The notes: a model not told the origin generated them from the letters alone. A DNA stretch of 64,000 nucleotides from Oscillospiraceae bacterium (GCA_025757685.1 CP107220.1:830124-894123); one strand, 5' to 3'; positions 45,363-56,994 are shown, counted from the stretch's first letter. Numbers and translations: made by a program.

Positions 45363-46472
45363 TCAGTCTTGCTTCTCCATTAATGCCTGCGCCAGCCGGC
45401 CTGCCTTGCACAGTTCCTCCACAGTGGTGTATTCGTTCACAGCGTGGCAGTTATTCATAGCCGTAGCCACCACCAAACCCTGTATGCCGTGCGCGGACAG
45501 GATATTACAGTCACTGCCGCCGTAAGTGTCCGTAAACCGAGGCGCAACTCCCACAGCTTCGCAGGCTCGTCTGAACCGCTGGGCAACAGGTGCGTCCGTG
45601 TCTACTCGATAACCGGTAATATGTATGGTATGGTTAAAATTCAGTTTGGCGTCCACCGCCTGTGCCTGCTCCACAAACTCGCTGTGAATTTCGTTGAGTC
45701 GATCCAGGGCGTCCTGGTGGCACAGGGCACGAATTTCACCGGTGACGGTGCAACTGTCCGGCACAATGTTGGTGGCGCGACCGCCGGTAATGGTGCCCAC
45801 ATTTACCGTCACATCGCCCCATCGCCCACTGGGAAGATTGGCAACTGCGGCAGCAGCCACCTGAATGGCGTGCACGCCGTCCTCCGGCGCAAAACCGGCG
45901 TGGGCAGCCTTGCCCACCACCTCTGCGGAAAAAGTAATCAGCGTAGGCGCTGCCACAGCACAGTCCCCTACCGGGCCGGACAAATCCATCACATACGCCG
46001 TCTTGGACTGCAGGCGCTCCGCATCAAACGCCTTAGCACCCAAGCAAAAATGCTCCTCTCCGGTGGTAAACAGCAGTTCCAGCGTCGGATGGGTTGCGCC
46101 GCTCTCTAACAAAGAAGCCACACCCTCTAAGATTGCCGATACACCGGCAAAATCATCAGCACCTAATACCGTATCACCACAGGAGGTAATGCGCCCGTTC
46201 TCATTTGTGACCGCCTGCTTGCCCTGGGACGGCTCCACCGTATCCATATGGGCAGCAAAGAGCACCGGCTCCAGCGATGGATCACCGGGAATGGTTGCCA
46301 GCAAGTTGCCGCAGGTACTGCCGGTGGCAGCGGCGGAGTCGTCTTCCGCCACCTGCACGCCTAGCGCAGTTAATCGTTCCTGAATGTAACGGCAAACCGC
46401 CTGCTCGTCAAAGGAGGGGCTATCCAGTGCTACCAGATCCATAAATGTCTTCACCAATCGTTCTTTGTTCAT
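45363..46472 (-). CDS. M20-family metallopeptidase (peptidase T-like)
   Basis: AHMDTV, GADDFAG and TTGEE metal-site motifs. Confidence 0.75.
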   Translation of the reverse strand: MNKERLVKTFMDLVALDSPSFDEQAVCRYIQERLTALGVQVAEDDSAAATGSTCGNLLATIPGDPSLEPVLFAAHMDTVEPSQGKQAVTNENGRITSCGDTVLGADDFAGVSAILEGVASLLESGATHPTLELLFTTGEEHFCLGAKAFDAERLQSKTAYVMDLSGPVGDCAVAAPTLITFSAEVVGKAAHAGFAPEDGVHAIQVAAAAVANLPSGRWGDVTVNVGTITGGRATNIVPDSCTVTGEIRALCHQDALDRLNEIHSEFVEQAQAVDAKLNFNHTIHITGYRVDTDAPVAQRFRRACEAVGVAPRFTDTYGGSDCNILSAHGIQGLVVATAMNNCHAVNEYTTVEELCKAGRLAQALMEKQD

Positions 46473-46584
46473 CCTATATCACCATTTCCTACAAATGTTC
46501 TATGATTTAATGATACAACCCTGTGGGTTGCCTGTCAATATAAAAAGAGCAGAAAGTCACACTCTCTGCTCTTACCGTTTCCAT

Positions 46585-48906
46585 TTACGGATTGATTTGC
46601 AGCTGCACGCCGTCGTCACCTGCTGTCAAAGCAATCGCCTGTATGTCCTGATCCTGATGGAACACCAATGCACTTGCCAGCTGATCCTCCACCTGGCGGC
46701 GCACCGCGTCACGCAAACCGCGGGCGTTCTTCTTGGAACCATAGGCGATCTTTGCCAAATACACCGGCACACTGTCGTCATAGGTCAGGGTAATGCCCTT
46801 GTCCTGCATGCCGGGCACCAGTTCGTCCACCATCAAGCGGGCGATCCGCTGGAAGTTCTCAAAGGTCAGCTTGTTAAAGACGATCACCTCGTCCACACGA
46901 CCCAGGAATTCCGGACGCAGGAAGCGCTCCAGGGCTTTCATGGTCACATCCCGGTTCATATCCGCCTGGGACTTGCCAAAGCCCACAGTGGCAGCGTCGG
47001 TCGATCCGGCATTAGAGGTCATCACAATAATGGTATTTTCAAAATTCACCGTGCGGCCCTGTGCATCTGTGATCCGACCCTCGTCCAGAATTTGCAGCAA
47101 AATGTTCAGCACATCTTTATGGGCCTTTTCAATCTCGTCAAACAGAATCACGCTGTAAGGCTTGCGCCGTACTTTCTCTGTCAACTGCCCGGCATCGTCA
47201 TAGCCCACATAGCCGGGAGGCGAGCCGATGATACGAGAGACAGAAAACTTCTCCATATACTCGCTCATATCCAGGCGGATCAGGGCGTCCGGGGTGTCAA
47301 ACATATAGGCGGCCAACTGCTTGACCAGCTCCGTCTTGCCTACGCCGGTGGGACCCACAAAAATAAAGGACTGGGGCCGCTTGCGGGGACTGATTTGTAC
47401 GCGGCCTCGGCGCACGGCTGCGGCAACTTTTTCAATGGCTTCATCTTGGCCGATGATATGGGCTTTCAGCGCCGGCTCCAAACCGGCCAGTTTTTGAATA
47501 TCCCCCTGCTCGATTTTTGCAGCAGGAATCCCTGTCCACATGGAGATCGCGCTGGCAATATCCGACTCCAGCACCTGATTGTCTTTGGCCTTTTCCTGCA
47601 AAGCAGGCAGCTTTTCGTCAATGGCCATCACTTCGGTTTTCAGTTTGGAGATCAGCTCATAGTCGATCTGCTGGTCCTCCTCTGTGGGTTCAGACAGATT
47701 TTCAATATTCTCCTGCAAATTCCGTTTTTTACCTTCCAGGATCTGCGCCTGGCTGATGGCCGGGTTGCGCAAATTGGCGCAGGTGCAGCTTTCATCCAGC
47801 AAGTCAATGGCTTTATCCGGCAGGTAACGGTCTGTTACATACCGCTCGCTCATCAGCACCGCTTTATAAACCAAGGTGTCAGAAATTTGCACCTTGTGGT
47901 ACTGCTCGTAGTAGCCCTTAATGCCCAGCAGCATTTTGTAGGCGTCTTCCACGGATGGCTCCTCGATCTTCACCGGTTGGAACCGGCGCTCCAGGGCCGC
48001 ATCCTTCTCTATAAACTTACGATACTCGGTAAAGGTGGTAGCGCCGATCACCTGAATTTCGCCGCGAGAGAGCGCAGGCTTCAGGATATTTGCCGCGTTC
48101 ATGGTGCCCTCACTGTCGCCGGTGCCCACCAAATTGTGCACCTCGTCAATGAACAGAATAATATTGCCCTGGGCCTTCACCTCGTCCACCAGGCCCTTGA
48201 TCCGGCCCTCGAACTGGCCACGGAACTGGGTGCCGGCCACCAGTGCGGTCAGGTCCAGCAAATAGATCTCTTTGTCTGCCAGGCGCGCAGGCACCTGCCC
48301 CTTAGCAATGCGAATGGCCAGCCCCTCGGCAATGGCAGTCTTACCCACGCCCGGCTCGCCGATCAGGCAGGGGTTATTCTTGGTACGGCGGCACAGGATT
48401 TGTACCGTGCGGGAGATCTCCTGTTCTCTGCCGATAATGGCGTCCAGCTTACCGTCCCGGGCTTTGCCGGTCAGGTTGGTGCAGTAGGTGTTTAGGTACT
48501 TTTTGCCGTCATCTTTTTGGCGTTTGTTGCCTTTTTTCCCACGCTTCTTACCCTGCTTTTGACCGCTTTCATTCTCATCCACAGCCAGTTCTCCGGCGTC
48601 GCCAAAAAGATTGGCAAAGGGCATGGTCTGGGCGCCGTCCATATTCTCCGCGTTGAACATCCCGCTCATATCGCCAAAGTTAAAATCGCCCATATTCTCC
48701 ATAAACTGGCTCATCTGCTCAGACGCCTGCTCCAGTTCTTCGTCAGAGATACCCAGCTTATCAATCATCTGGTTAATAGAGCCGATGTTCAGCTCCCGGG
48801 CGCACTGAATACAAAGCCCCTCCGGCTTTACCTCATCGCCCTCCATTTTTTGAATATAGATCACCGCCGGGCGTTCACCGCAGCGGGCACACATCTGTTG
48901 TTTCAT
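46585..48906 (-). CDS. clpE: ClpE-type HSP100/Clp ATPase (two AAA+ modules, N-terminal zinc ribbon)
   Basis: N-terminal CARC...CIQC. Walker A motifs are GEPGVGKT and GPTGVGKT. No Clp_N repeat is present. Confidence 0.75.
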   Translation of the reverse strand: MKQQMCARCGERPAVIYIQKMEGDEVKPEGLCIQCARELNIGSINQMIDKLGISDEELEQASEQMSQFMENMGDFNFGDMSGMFNAENMDGAQTMPFANLFGDAGELAVDENESGQKQGKKRGKKGNKRQKDDGKKYLNTYCTNLTGKARDGKLDAIIGREQEISRTVQILCRRTKNNPCLIGEPGVGKTAIAEGLAIRIAKGQVPARLADKEIYLLDLTALVAGTQFRGQFEGRIKGLVDEVKAQGNIILFIDEVHNLVGTGDSEGTMNAANILKPALSRGEIQVIGATTFTEYRKFIEKDAALERRFQPVKIEEPSVEDAYKMLLGIKGYYEQYHKVQISDTLVYKAVLMSERYVTDRYLPDKAIDLLDESCTCANLRNPAISQAQILEGKKRNLQENIENLSEPTEEDQQIDYELISKLKTEVMAIDEKLPALQEKAKDNQVLESDIASAISMWTGIPAAKIEQGDIQKLAGLEPALKAHIIGQDEAIEKVAAAVRRGRVQISPRKRPQSFIFVGPTGVGKTELVKQLAAYMFDTPDALIRLDMSEYMEKFSVSRIIGSPPGYVGYDDAGQLTEKVRRKPYSVILFDEIEKAHKDVLNILLQILDEGRITDAQGRTVNFENTIIVMTSNAGSTDAATVGFGKSQADMNRDVTMKALERFLRPEFLGRVDEVIVFNKLTFENFQRIARLMVDELVPGMQDKGITLTYDDSVPVYLAKIAYGSKKNARGLRDAVRRQVEDQLASALVFHQDQDIQAIALTAGDDGVQLQINP

Positions 48907-48931
48907 AAATCGATCTCCTGATGAATATTGC

Positions 48932-49558
48932 TTATTTGGCAGTGTTTTGTGCCTTGTTCTCTTTCAGCTGCTTCAAAAATCCCGGCACATAGCCCAGGAG
49001 AGATACCAAGGCAGACACGGCGGACAGTGCCACCAGCACCCAGGTCACCACGGACGGCAGCGTAAAGTGGGTCACATTACACAAAGCGCCGTTCTCGCCA
49101 AAGGCTAAAATAATAATCATAGCAATGTAAAACACATTGGTGGCTACCTTGCCCCAAATCTCTGCGGCGGTGGGGCGCATACCCTTGGACAGCAGCAGCG
49201 CGCCGCCCAGCAACATCAGCACCTCTTTCACAATAAAAAAGAAAAACAGATACTTAATGGGGTTCTCCCAGTAGGTGTACAATAGCACGATTACAATCGC
49301 CATTTGGGACAGCTTATCCGCAATGGGGTCTAAGATCTTTCCCAGATTACTCACTTGATTAAACTTGCGGGCAATCTTGCCGTCGAACAGGTCGGTTAGC
49401 GCAGCGCAAATCATCACGATCACCGCCACCAGTTGATGCCCCTGAACAAACAGCACAGCAAACACCGGGATCAGTGCAATGCGGATAAAGGACAGCCAGT
49501 TGGGAATGGTATTCCAGCCGTCAAACAGGTCGTGCACATTTTCTTTTAGTGTAGACAT
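48932..49558 (-). CDS. pgsA: CDP-diacylglycerol-glycerol-3-phosphate 3-phosphatidyltransferase
   Basis: CDP-alcohol phosphatidyltransferase motif DLFDGKIAR...G..LDPIADK, multi-TM. Confidence 0.8.
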   Translation of the reverse strand: MSTLKENVHDLFDGWNTIPNWLSFIRIALIPVFAVLFVQGHQLVAVIVMICAALTDLFDGKIARKFNQVSNLGKILDPIADKLSQMAIVIVLLYTYWENPIKYLFFFFIVKEVLMLLGGALLLSKGMRPTAAEIWGKVATNVFYIAMIIILAFGENGALCNVTHFTLPSVVTWVLVALSAVSALVSLLGYVPGFLKQLKENKAQNTAK

Positions 49559-49569
49559 AACAGGTCCTC

Positions 49570-50238
49570 CTATAGTGTGGGAAGCAAAGTTTCCATATAT
49601 TCTAAAATGGCGCTGTCTGCAAAGAACGCATATACGCCGTTATCTTTCGGCAGCCAGTTGTTACCGGCCAGGTACGCCCAAACGCCGCTGACCAGCACCA
49701 AAAACAGACACCCCTTAACCAGCCCAAAGGCACCGCCCAATAGGCTGTTGGTCCGGGTAAATATCGTATTTTTACCCTGCTTCTTCCTTAGCATAGCGGA
49801 AAGCAGCCAACAAATCAAGGCAATAATTATGAACGATAATAAAAATAATGCGATTTTTACCAGCAGGCAAGCCGCCGGTTCCACCAACTGCTGCATTACA
49901 AAATCTGCAGCAGTTTTGGCACTGCCTTTTTTCAGCGCGGCGAAGTCAAAATCCCTTTGCAACGCCTGGGGCAGAGCCTGCATCTTGTCCTGCAAGGCAG
50001 CCATAAAGGTGTCCACGCCGGAGGCGCCGGTGATTTTCTCCTGCACCTTGGCAAGGGCCTTTGGCTCCACCAGCTTGTCATACACCACTTGATAATACTG
50101 ATGGCTGACGAACAGGGACACCGGCACACCAACAGCGTACTTGGCTGTGCCGATCAAACCGGACAGCAGCCCCCGTCGAAAGCCCCATACCGCCATAAGT
50201 ACCACCAGGGCGATCAATATATAATCCAAAATACTCAA
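49570..50238 (-). CDS. CvpA-family membrane protein
   Basis: The N-terminus ILDYILIALVVLMAVWGFRRGL is typical of the CvpA family, with 4 TM segments. Confidence 0.6.
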   Translation of the reverse strand: MSILDYILIALVVLMAVWGFRRGLLSGLIGTAKYAVGVPVSLFVSHQYYQVVYDKLVEPKALAKVQEKITGASGVDTFMAALQDKMQALPQALQRDFDFAALKKGSAKTAADFVMQQLVEPAACLLVKIALFLLSFIIIALICWLLSAMLRKKQGKNTIFTRTNSLLGGAFGLVKGCLFLVLVSGVWAYLAGNNWLPKDNGVYAFFADSAILEYMETLLPTL

Positions 50239-51395
50239 GACTTGGTCTCTTCTTTCTCAATCACAGACTGGCGCTGCACAAACACATTGGAGGACATCAT
50301 GGTGATGGACCGGACTGCGTCCGTACAATCCGCTGTATGTACTACACTGCCGTCTGACAGCTTATAAATTTTGATTTTATCGGCAAAAAGCACGGCTACC
50401 CGACTGCCGGAGGCAGACAGATCCTTGATCGCGCCCTGCACGGTAAAGGGCTTTTGCACCTTGCCGCCGGCGGTGATCCGCGCTACGGTATTTTGCGTGG
50501 CATTGCTATAAGAGCTGTACGCCACCACCAAATCGCCGCTGGCGCTATAATCATAGGCCACCGTTTGCACTTCGCCGTTTTTCAGCACCGTCTCCAGCTT
50601 ATCTCCGTTTACCACGCTCACAAAGCTGCTGCCCACCACATACAGGCTGCTGCCCCGATAGGCTATGTCCAGCACCTGGGTGCCGGGCAGGTCAAAGCTG
50701 GCATAAGGCTCCGTGTCCTTTACACGCATCAAATAGAGCTTTGGCTGCAAGCGTGCATCCTTACTGTTCATGGCTACAAAAGCGACTTGACTGCCGTTGT
50801 CCCGAATGGCAATGTTGGTCACAAAGCCATAGGACAGGCTGTATTTCATCTTATCCCCGCGGGTCTTGGTGATCACCTGAACATCGCTGCGTTTATCCGC
50901 AGACTGCGTGGCGTAGACCACCTTGCCGTCGTCCGCCACATCGGCGCACAACAGGCCGGTCTTGCTCTCGATCTCATACAAATTCTCACCACTGTAATCC
51001 AGCCGCAGCTTGGAGCCGCCCTGATCGTATGTAACCAGATACGAGTCAGAAGCAGCGGTAATCGGATTGGCATAACCGTGCACGGCGGTGAATTCCTCCT
51101 TGCCGTCTGATGGGTTCAGTACTGTTATGGAGCCGCCGGTGAGCACCGCCAGTTTCGCGCCCTGCTTATGAACCGTAACGCCATCGGAGCCATCCAGTGC
51201 ATAAGGAAAATTGCCGGTGAGCACGGACGATGTACCGCTGCCGCCGCTCAGGCTGCCGAAATCCACCTCGCACAGCTTTAGGATCACAATTGCCGCCAGC
51301 AACACAGCCAACACAATCCATACGATCCTGCGTACTTTTTTATCTTTTAGGCGCTTGCGTTCCCGCCGAAGCGCCTGCCGGTCTTCCGCTTCCAC
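50235..51395 (-). CDS. Membrane-anchored hypothetical protein with beta-rich repeats
   Basis: Basic N-terminus, one TM helix, then repetitive beta-strand-like sequence. It is coupled to cvpA. Confidence 0.45.
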   Translation of the reverse strand: MEAEDRQALRRERKRLKDKKVRRIVWIVLAVLLAAIVILKLCEVDFGSLSGGSGTSSVLTGNFPYALDGSDGVTVHKQGAKLAVLTGGSITVLNPSDGKEEFTAVHGYANPITAASDSYLVTYDQGGSKLRLDYSGENLYEIESKTGLLCADVADDGKVVYATQSADKRSDVQVITKTRGDKMKYSLSYGFVTNIAIRDNGSQVAFVAMNSKDARLQPKLYLMRVKDTEPYASFDLPGTQVLDIAYRGSSLYVVGSSFVSVVNGDKLETVLKNGEVQTVAYDYSASGDLVVAYSSYSNATQNTVARITAGGKVQKPFTVQGAIKDLSASGSRVAVLFADKIKIYKLSDGSVVHTADCTDAVRSITMMSSNVFVQRQSVIEKEETKS

Positions 51396-51414
51396 AAAAG
51401 CACCGCCTTTCTGT

Positions 51415-52170
51415 TTACATTTTAAAGTCTGCCGGGTCGTACTCCACCCGGTTCAGGTACAGCCCCTGGGGCGGCGCCGTCTTACCGGCGCGAATGCGCT
51501 CCCCACTTTCAATAATCGCCGGCAAATCCGCCGGGTCAATCTTGCCCTCACTGACAAAAAGCAGCGTGCCAACGAGAATGCGCACCATATTGTAAAGGAA
51601 GCCGTCTGCGCTCACCTTAAACAGTACCATATCCCCTTGCCGCTCTACGGTAAAGGCGGTAATGGTGCGCACTGTGTCCTCCACATCGCTGCGTGCACTG
51701 CAAAAGCCGCGAAAATCGTGGGTGCCCAGGAACGCCTTGGCCCCCTGCTGCATACGCTCCAAATGAATGGGGTAGCGGTACTGGTACGCATAGCGCAGCA
51801 AAAACGGATCCCGAATGGCACCGTTGTACAGTTTATATACATATTCTTTCTCTCGGCAGTAGTACCGGGGGTGAAATTCAAGAGGAACCTCTCGGCAGTC
51901 CAGTACCGCAATATCCTTGGGCAGCACTGTATTCAGCGCCCGCACCACACCGTCACAGGCAATGGACAGCTCTGTTTGAAAACTGACAAAATAACAATTT
52001 GCGTGCACACCGCTGTCTGTGCGGGAGCAGCCCTTTACCGGCAGCCGCGCGCCAAACACCTTTTCTACTGCGTTTTGGAACACTTCCTGCACGGTAACGG
52101 CATTTTTTTGTACCTGCCAGCCGTGGTAATCTGCGCCGTCATATCCAATGTTTAACAACAAATTTCGCAT
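51415..52170 (-). CDS. truA: tRNA pseudouridine(38-40) synthase
   Basis: YDGADYHGWQVQ and CSRTDSGVHA motifs. Confidence 0.9.
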   Translation of the reverse strand: MRNLLLNIGYDGADYHGWQVQKNAVTVQEVFQNAVEKVFGARLPVKGCSRTDSGVHANCYFVSFQTELSIACDGVVRALNTVLPKDIAVLDCREVPLEFHPRYYCREKEYVYKLYNGAIRDPFLLRYAYQYRYPIHLERMQQGAKAFLGTHDFRGFCSARSDVEDTVRTITAFTVERQGDMVLFKVSADGFLYNMVRILVGTLLFVSEGKIDPADLPAIIESGERIRAGKTAPPQGLYLNRVEYDPADFKM

Positions 52171-52173
52171 AAC

Positions 52174-52986
52174 TTAAAGTACCGAACCTAAAAAGTGATT
52201 CACCACAAAAATGCCTGCAATATACAGCACCACCGCCGCCAGCGCAAAAAAGTCACCGGTATGCAGGTGCATTTCTTTCATCTTGGTACGCCCGGCACCG
52301 CCACGATAGCAGCGGCACTCCATAGCGTCCGCCAGCTCATTGGCGCGGCGAAAAGAGGAGATGAACAAAGGAATCAAGATGGGCACCAATCCTTTGGCTC
52401 TGCGAATCAGTCCCCCGCTCTCCATATCGGCGCCCCGAGATTTCTGCGCCGCCATAATTTTGTCGATTTCCTCGATCAAAGTGGGAATAAACCGCAGGGC
52501 GATTGTCATAGTCATAGCGATCACATGCACATCAATCTTAAACACTTTTAGGGGTTTAAGCAGCCGCTCAAGAGCGTCCGTCAATTCCGTCGGCGAGGTG
52601 GTGTAAGTCAGCAGACTGCCTACAATCACCAACTCGATAATACGTACAGCCATAAAAACGGCAGTCATCACACCATCCATAGTGATCTTCAGCTTTCCAA
52701 GGCTCACCAGCGGCTCGCCTTCGCCGTAAAACAGGTTAATAACGCCGGTAATGAGAATAATCACGACCAAGGGCTTAATGCTCTTCAAGATGGTTTTAGG
52801 CGGTATCTTAGACAGACCCACCGCCAGAATCATAAAGACGATGGCCAGCCCCAGGGACCAAAAGTTCTTGCACAAGAACACCGCCACCACCATCAAAAAG
52901 GTGAGCACGATCTTCATACGCGCATCCATACGGTGCACCGGGGAATTGCCGGGAAAATACTGACCAATGGTCATACTGGAATTCAC
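52174..52986 (-). CDS. ecfT: Energy-coupling factor transporter transmembrane subunit
   Basis: 270 aa, multi-TM, with the ARG motifs (AQKSRGA, RRANELADAM). It lies downstream of two ECF ATPase genes. Confidence 0.85.
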   Translation of the reverse strand: MNSSMTIGQYFPGNSPVHRMDARMKIVLTFLMVVAVFLCKNFWSLGLAIVFMILAVGLSKIPPKTILKSIKPLVVIILITGVINLFYGEGEPLVSLGKLKITMDGVMTAVFMAVRIIELVIVGSLLTYTTSPTELTDALERLLKPLKVFKIDVHVIAMTMTIALRFIPTLIEEIDKIMAAQKSRGADMESGGLIRRAKGLVPILIPLFISSFRRANELADAMECRCYRGGAGRTKMKEMHLHTGDFFALAAVVLYIAGIFVVNHFLGSVL

Positions 52987-53852
52987 AGGCGAACCCCCTC
53001 TCTCTTTAGGCGCTGAAATTCGCGCACGCCGTCGTCAACCGTAAAAATATCCGTGCGGCACGGTACGCCACGCCGCAGCAGTTCTAAGAAAATATCCGTT
53101 ACCTGGGGCACATTCAGCCCCATTTGGCGCAGTTCCTCCGCATTAGCGTACACATCGGCAACCGGGCCGTAGGCGGCCACCTGCCCCCGGTGCATCACCA
53201 GCACGCGGCGGCAAATGCGCGCCACATCTTCCATAGAGTGGGAGACGAAGAGCACCGTTGCCCCGGTACGGTCCCGGTAACTACGGATCAGATCTAAAAT
53301 TTGATCCCTACCACGAGGGTCCAACCCGGCGCAAGGCTCGTCTAAAATCAAAACCTTTGGCTCCATTGCCAAAATGGACGCAATGGCCACACGGCGCTTT
53401 TGCCCACCGGACAGATCAAAGGGCGATTGCTCCGCAAAATCACGGGACAGACCCACCAATTCCATAGAATGGAACACCCGGCGGCGAATTTCCTCGCTGT
53501 CCAGTCCCATTTGCTTGGGACCGAAAGCGATCTCTTTATATACATCTTCTTCAAAAATTTGGTACTCCGGGTACTGAAAACACAGCCCTACTTGAAAGCG
53601 TACACGGCGAATTTGCTTGCGGTTTTGCTTACTCCAAATATCCGCGCCGTCCACATAGACTTTGCCGCTTTGGGGCTCTATCAGGCCGTTTAGGTGCTGG
53701 ATGAGCGTGGATTTTCCGGAGCCGGTGTGACCAATAATGCCGACAATCTCGCCCTCCTCCACAGAGAAAGACACATCCTGCAGCGCCGCCGTCTCAAAAG
53801 GCGTACCCACACTGTAACGGTAATTGAGTTTTTCACAGGTCAGTACAGCCAA
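52983..53852 (-). CDS. ecfA2: Energy-coupling factor transporter ATPase
   Basis: Walker A is GHTGSGKST, the signature is [10 protein letters not shown] and Walker B is LILDEP. Confidence 0.85.
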   Translation of the reverse strand: MAVLTCEKLNYRYSVGTPFETAALQDVSFSVEEGEIVGIIGHTGSGKSTLIQHLNGLIEPQSGKVYVDGADIWSKQNRKQIRRVRFQVGLCFQYPEYQIFEEDVYKEIAFGPKQMGLDSEEIRRRVFHSMELVGLSRDFAEQSPFDLSGGQKRRVAIASILAMEPKVLILDEPCAGLDPRGRDQILDLIRSYRDRTGATVLFVSHSMEDVARICRRVLVMHRGQVAAYGPVADVYANAEELRQMGLNVPQVTDIFLELLRRGVPCRTDIFTVDDGVREFQRLKREGVRL

Positions 53853-54708
53853 GTTTTTGTTCCTCCAAGTTGGAAATCAATACATCCACGCATTCTGCAG
53901 TGTTCAAAACTGCGTGTTCGGCAAAGCCCAGCCGATCCGCCAGTTCCGTTGCCTGGGGCACATCCAGGCCCAGGGCTTTCAGCTCATCTACATGGGCAAA
54001 AACCGCGCGGGGAGCGCCGTCCAGTCGGATCACGCCGTCGTCCATCACCACCACCCGATCGGCTTGCACCGCTTCATCCATATAATGGGTAATGAGCAGA
54101 ATGGTGATCCCCTCTTCTTTGTTCAATTTCTTCACGGTGTCCAGCACTTCTCGGCGGCCGCTGGGATCCAGCATCGCCGTGGGTTCGTCCAGTACAATAC
54201 ACAGAGGCCGCATGGCGATAATGCCTGCCACGGCTACCCGCTGTTTTTGACCGCCGGAAAGCTTGGAGGGCGATTTCAGCCGCTCCGCATACATGCCAAC
54301 TGTCTTTAGCGCAGCATCCACCCGGCGGCGGCATTCCTTTGGCTCCACGCCCAAATTCTCCACCCCAAAGGCCACATCCTCCTCTACAATAGAGGAGACG
54401 ATTTGGTTGTCCGGGTTTTGAAACACCATACCCACCTTGCGGCGCGCGTTATAGACCACATCTTCGTCTTGCGTCAGCGGCGTGCCGTCTACGATGACTT
54501 GGCCGCTTTGGGGAAACAAAATGCCGTTAGAGAGCTTGGCTAATGTGGATTTGCCGGAGCCGTTATGCCCCAGCACCGCCACAAAGGAGCCCTTCTCAAT
54601 CTGCAGGTTCAGGTGGCTGAGCACCGGGCGGGGCGCAGGCGCGTCCTTAGGTGCGTCCGGGTCCGCAGGATATGTAAATGTTACATCGTTAAATTCAAGA
54701 ATTGCCAT
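53833..54708 (-). CDS. ecfA1: Energy-coupling factor transporter ATPase
   Basis: Walker A is GHNGSGKST, the signature is [10 protein letters not shown] and Walker B is IVLDEP. The start was moved to the ATG at 54708. Confidence 0.85.
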   Translation of the reverse strand: MAILEFNDVTFTYPADPDAPKDAPAPRPVLSHLNLQIEKGSFVAVLGHNGSGKSTLAKLSNGILFPQSGQVIVDGTPLTQDEDVVYNARRKVGMVFQNPDNQIVSSIVEEDVAFGVENLGVEPKECRRRVDAALKTVGMYAERLKSPSKLSGGQKQRVAVAGIIAMRPLCIVLDEPTAMLDPSGRREVLDTVKKLNKEEGITILLITHYMDEAVQADRVVVMDDGVIRLDGAPRAVFAHVDELKALGLDVPQATELADRLGFAEHAVLNTAECVDVLISNLEEQKLGCTDL

Positions 54709-55573
54709 CTTTGCCTTTCCACACAGCGGTGGCACCGCAGGGCAGCACACCGCCGGTTTCTGTCACCGGCAGGCCAATCTCGTCCGCAGACACAGAACCG
54801 CCCATTTGACGCACCAAAACATCTTCCAAAATATATTGCATTACCGAGGCAGACAGGCCGGTGGTATAAGAATTCAACACCACAGCCAGCGCGTTTTCAC
54901 TGAGCACCTGCTGCACCAGGGTCACAAAATCATATAAATTATCTTCCAGGTGCCAGATCTCACCTTTTGGCCCCCGGCCGTAGCTGGGCGGGTCCAGGAT
55001 CACAATGTCGTACCGGTTGCCCCGACGAATTTCTCGCTGCACAAACTTGATACAATCGTCCACGATCCAGCGCACAGCGCCGTCTGCCACGCCGGAGGCG
55101 GCCGCGTTCTCCTTGGCCCACTGGACCATACCCTTGGAGGCGTCCACATGGACTACCTCTGCACCGGATTTCAGGCAGGCAACCGTGGCACCGCCGGTAT
55201 AGGCAAACAGGTTGAGTACCTTTACCGGACGGTCAGCGCCCTCGATCATGCCACGCACCAGATCCCAATTCACAGCCTGTTCCGGGAACAGGCCGGTGTG
55301 CTTAAAACCCATGGTCTTGATGTTAAAAGTCAAGTCCTTATAGCGCACCTGCCACACAGCAGGAATGCGCTTAAAGGTCTGCCACTTGCCACCGCCGGTG
55401 CGGGAGCGCACATAGCGTGCCCCCGGCTGTGCCCACAAGCGGTTCTCCCGCGGGCCATTCCAAATCACCTGGGGGTCCGGACGAATCAGGATTTCTCTGG
55501 TCCAACGCTCCAGCTTTTCGCCGGCAGAGCAGTCTATCAGTTCATAATCTTTCCAGTCACTGGCTACACGCAT
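54695..55573 (-). CDS. Class I SAM-dependent (rRNA) methyltransferase, RlmI/RlmK-like
   Basis: [12 protein letters not shown] motif and DPPSYGRGP catalytic-type motif. Confidence 0.65.
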   Translation of the reverse strand: MRVASDWKDYELIDCSAGEKLERWTREILIRPDPQVIWNGPRENRLWAQPGARYVRSRTGGGKWQTFKRIPAVWQVRYKDLTFNIKTMGFKHTGLFPEQAVNWDLVRGMIEGADRPVKVLNLFAYTGGATVACLKSGAEVVHVDASKGMVQWAKENAAASGVADGAVRWIVDDCIKFVQREIRRGNRYDIVILDPPSYGRGPKGEIWHLEDNLYDFVTLVQQVLSENALAVVLNSYTTGLSASVMQYILEDVLVRQMGGSVSADEIGLPVTETGGVLPCGATAVWKGKDGNS

Positions 55574-56922
55574 TAACTCAATCTCTCCCGTACCACATCT
55601 GCAATTCGATTGCCCAGTCGGGTGATCTTTTCCAGATCTTTGCCCTCTAACATCACCCGCACCAAAGGCTCTGTACCGCTGACCCGAACCAGCACGCGGC
55701 CGTCGCCCATCAAATCCATCTCAGCCTGTTGAACGGCAGAGATAATATATTCGTCGTTGTTATATTTTTGCTTGCCCTCCGGTGTCACCTGCACATTGAT
55801 GAGCACCTGCGGATAAACGGTCATAATCTTTGCCAGCTGAGACAGCTTTTTGCCGCTTTTCACCACTGTCTTAAGTAGCTGCACACCGCTAAGCTCACCG
55901 TCACCGGTGGTGGCATAATCCAGGAAAATCACATGCCCGCTTTGCTCGCCGCCGATGTTATAGCCCTTTTGCAGCATACGCTCCAGCACGTAACGGTCAC
56001 CCACTGCCGTCTTTTCACAGGCAATACCGTTCTCTTCGCAAAACTTAAAGAAGCCCATATTGCTCATCACCGTTACCACGGCGGTGTTCTTAGCCAAAGT
56101 GCCCTCGTCCAGCATCCGCTTGGCGCAAATGGCGATCACCTTGTCGCCGTCCACCAATTGGCCGTTTTCGTCCACCGCCAGCATACGGTCTGCGTCGCCA
56201 TCAAATGCCAACCCTAAGTCCAGCCCGTTGTCCGTTACAAACTGCATCAGCTCCTCCGGGTGGGTGGAGCCGCAGTGATCGTTGATATTCACACCGTCCG
56301 GTGTGTCGGAAAGCATATAACACCGGGCACCCAGTGCGGTAAAGATCTGTTTGGCACAAACGGAAGCGGAGCCGTTGGCGCAGTCCAAAGCGATATTCAG
56401 CCCGTCAAAGCGAACATCGGCGGTCTCCACCACATGGCGCACATAATCCTCCACGGCCGTCTTGCAATAGAGCCGATTGCCCACATCGCCGCCCAGCTTC
56501 TCCGGGATTTCTTCTGCACCATCCAGAATAATAGCCTCAATTTCTTCTTCTATGGCGTCATCCAGCTTGTAGCCGGTGGACTGGAAGATCTTAATGCCGT
56601 TGTATTCGCAAGGGTTGTGTGAAGCGGAGATCATCACGCCGGCGTCACAGCCGTAGCGGCCGATCAGGTAGGCTACAGCCGGGGTAGGCACTACGCCCAC
56701 AGAGAGCACATTCGCCCCCACGGCGCAAAGCCCGGCGGTGAGTGCCGCCTCCAGCATATCGCCGGACGCCCGGGTGTCTTTACCGATGAGCACCGTGGGT
56801 TTTCTGCCCAGCTCACCGGCCAAAACTTTGGCTGCCGCCTTGCCGATCGAGAGCGCCAGCTCGTTGGTTAAATCTTTATTGGCTATGCCACGCACGCCGT
56901 CTGTTCCAAACAATCTGCCCAT
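55573..56922 (-). CDS. glmM: Phosphoglucosamine mutase
   Basis: FGTDGVRG and the active site ISASHNP. Confidence 0.9.
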   Translation of the reverse strand: MGRLFGTDGVRGIANKDLTNELALSIGKAAAKVLAGELGRKPTVLIGKDTRASGDMLEAALTAGLCAVGANVLSVGVVPTPAVAYLIGRYGCDAGVMISASHNPCEYNGIKIFQSTGYKLDDAIEEEIEAIILDGAEEIPEKLGGDVGNRLYCKTAVEDYVRHVVETADVRFDGLNIALDCANGSASVCAKQIFTALGARCYMLSDTPDGVNINDHCGSTHPEELMQFVTDNGLDLGLAFDGDADRMLAVDENGQLVDGDKVIAICAKRMLDEGTLAKNTAVVTVMSNMGFFKFCEENGIACEKTAVGDRYVLERMLQKGYNIGGEQSGHVIFLDYATTGDGELSGVQLLKTVVKSGKKLSQLAKIMTVYPQVLINVQVTPEGKQKYNNDEYIISAVQQAEMDLMGDGRVLVRVSGTEPLVRVMLEGKDLEKITRLGNRIADVVRERLS

Positions 56923-56994
56923 ACCATACTCCTTTGTTGTTAAAAAGAACTGTGTGTTTCCGTCTATACCGGTTTGAATTTCAATTTATGATGG

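Noticed and set aside
46465-48495. 676-aa ORF on the plus strand opposite the Clp ATPase gene.
   Set aside because: It is a shadow ORF antisense to a gene with two clear AAA+ Walker motifs. Its product is low-complexity and rich in His, Gln and Leu.
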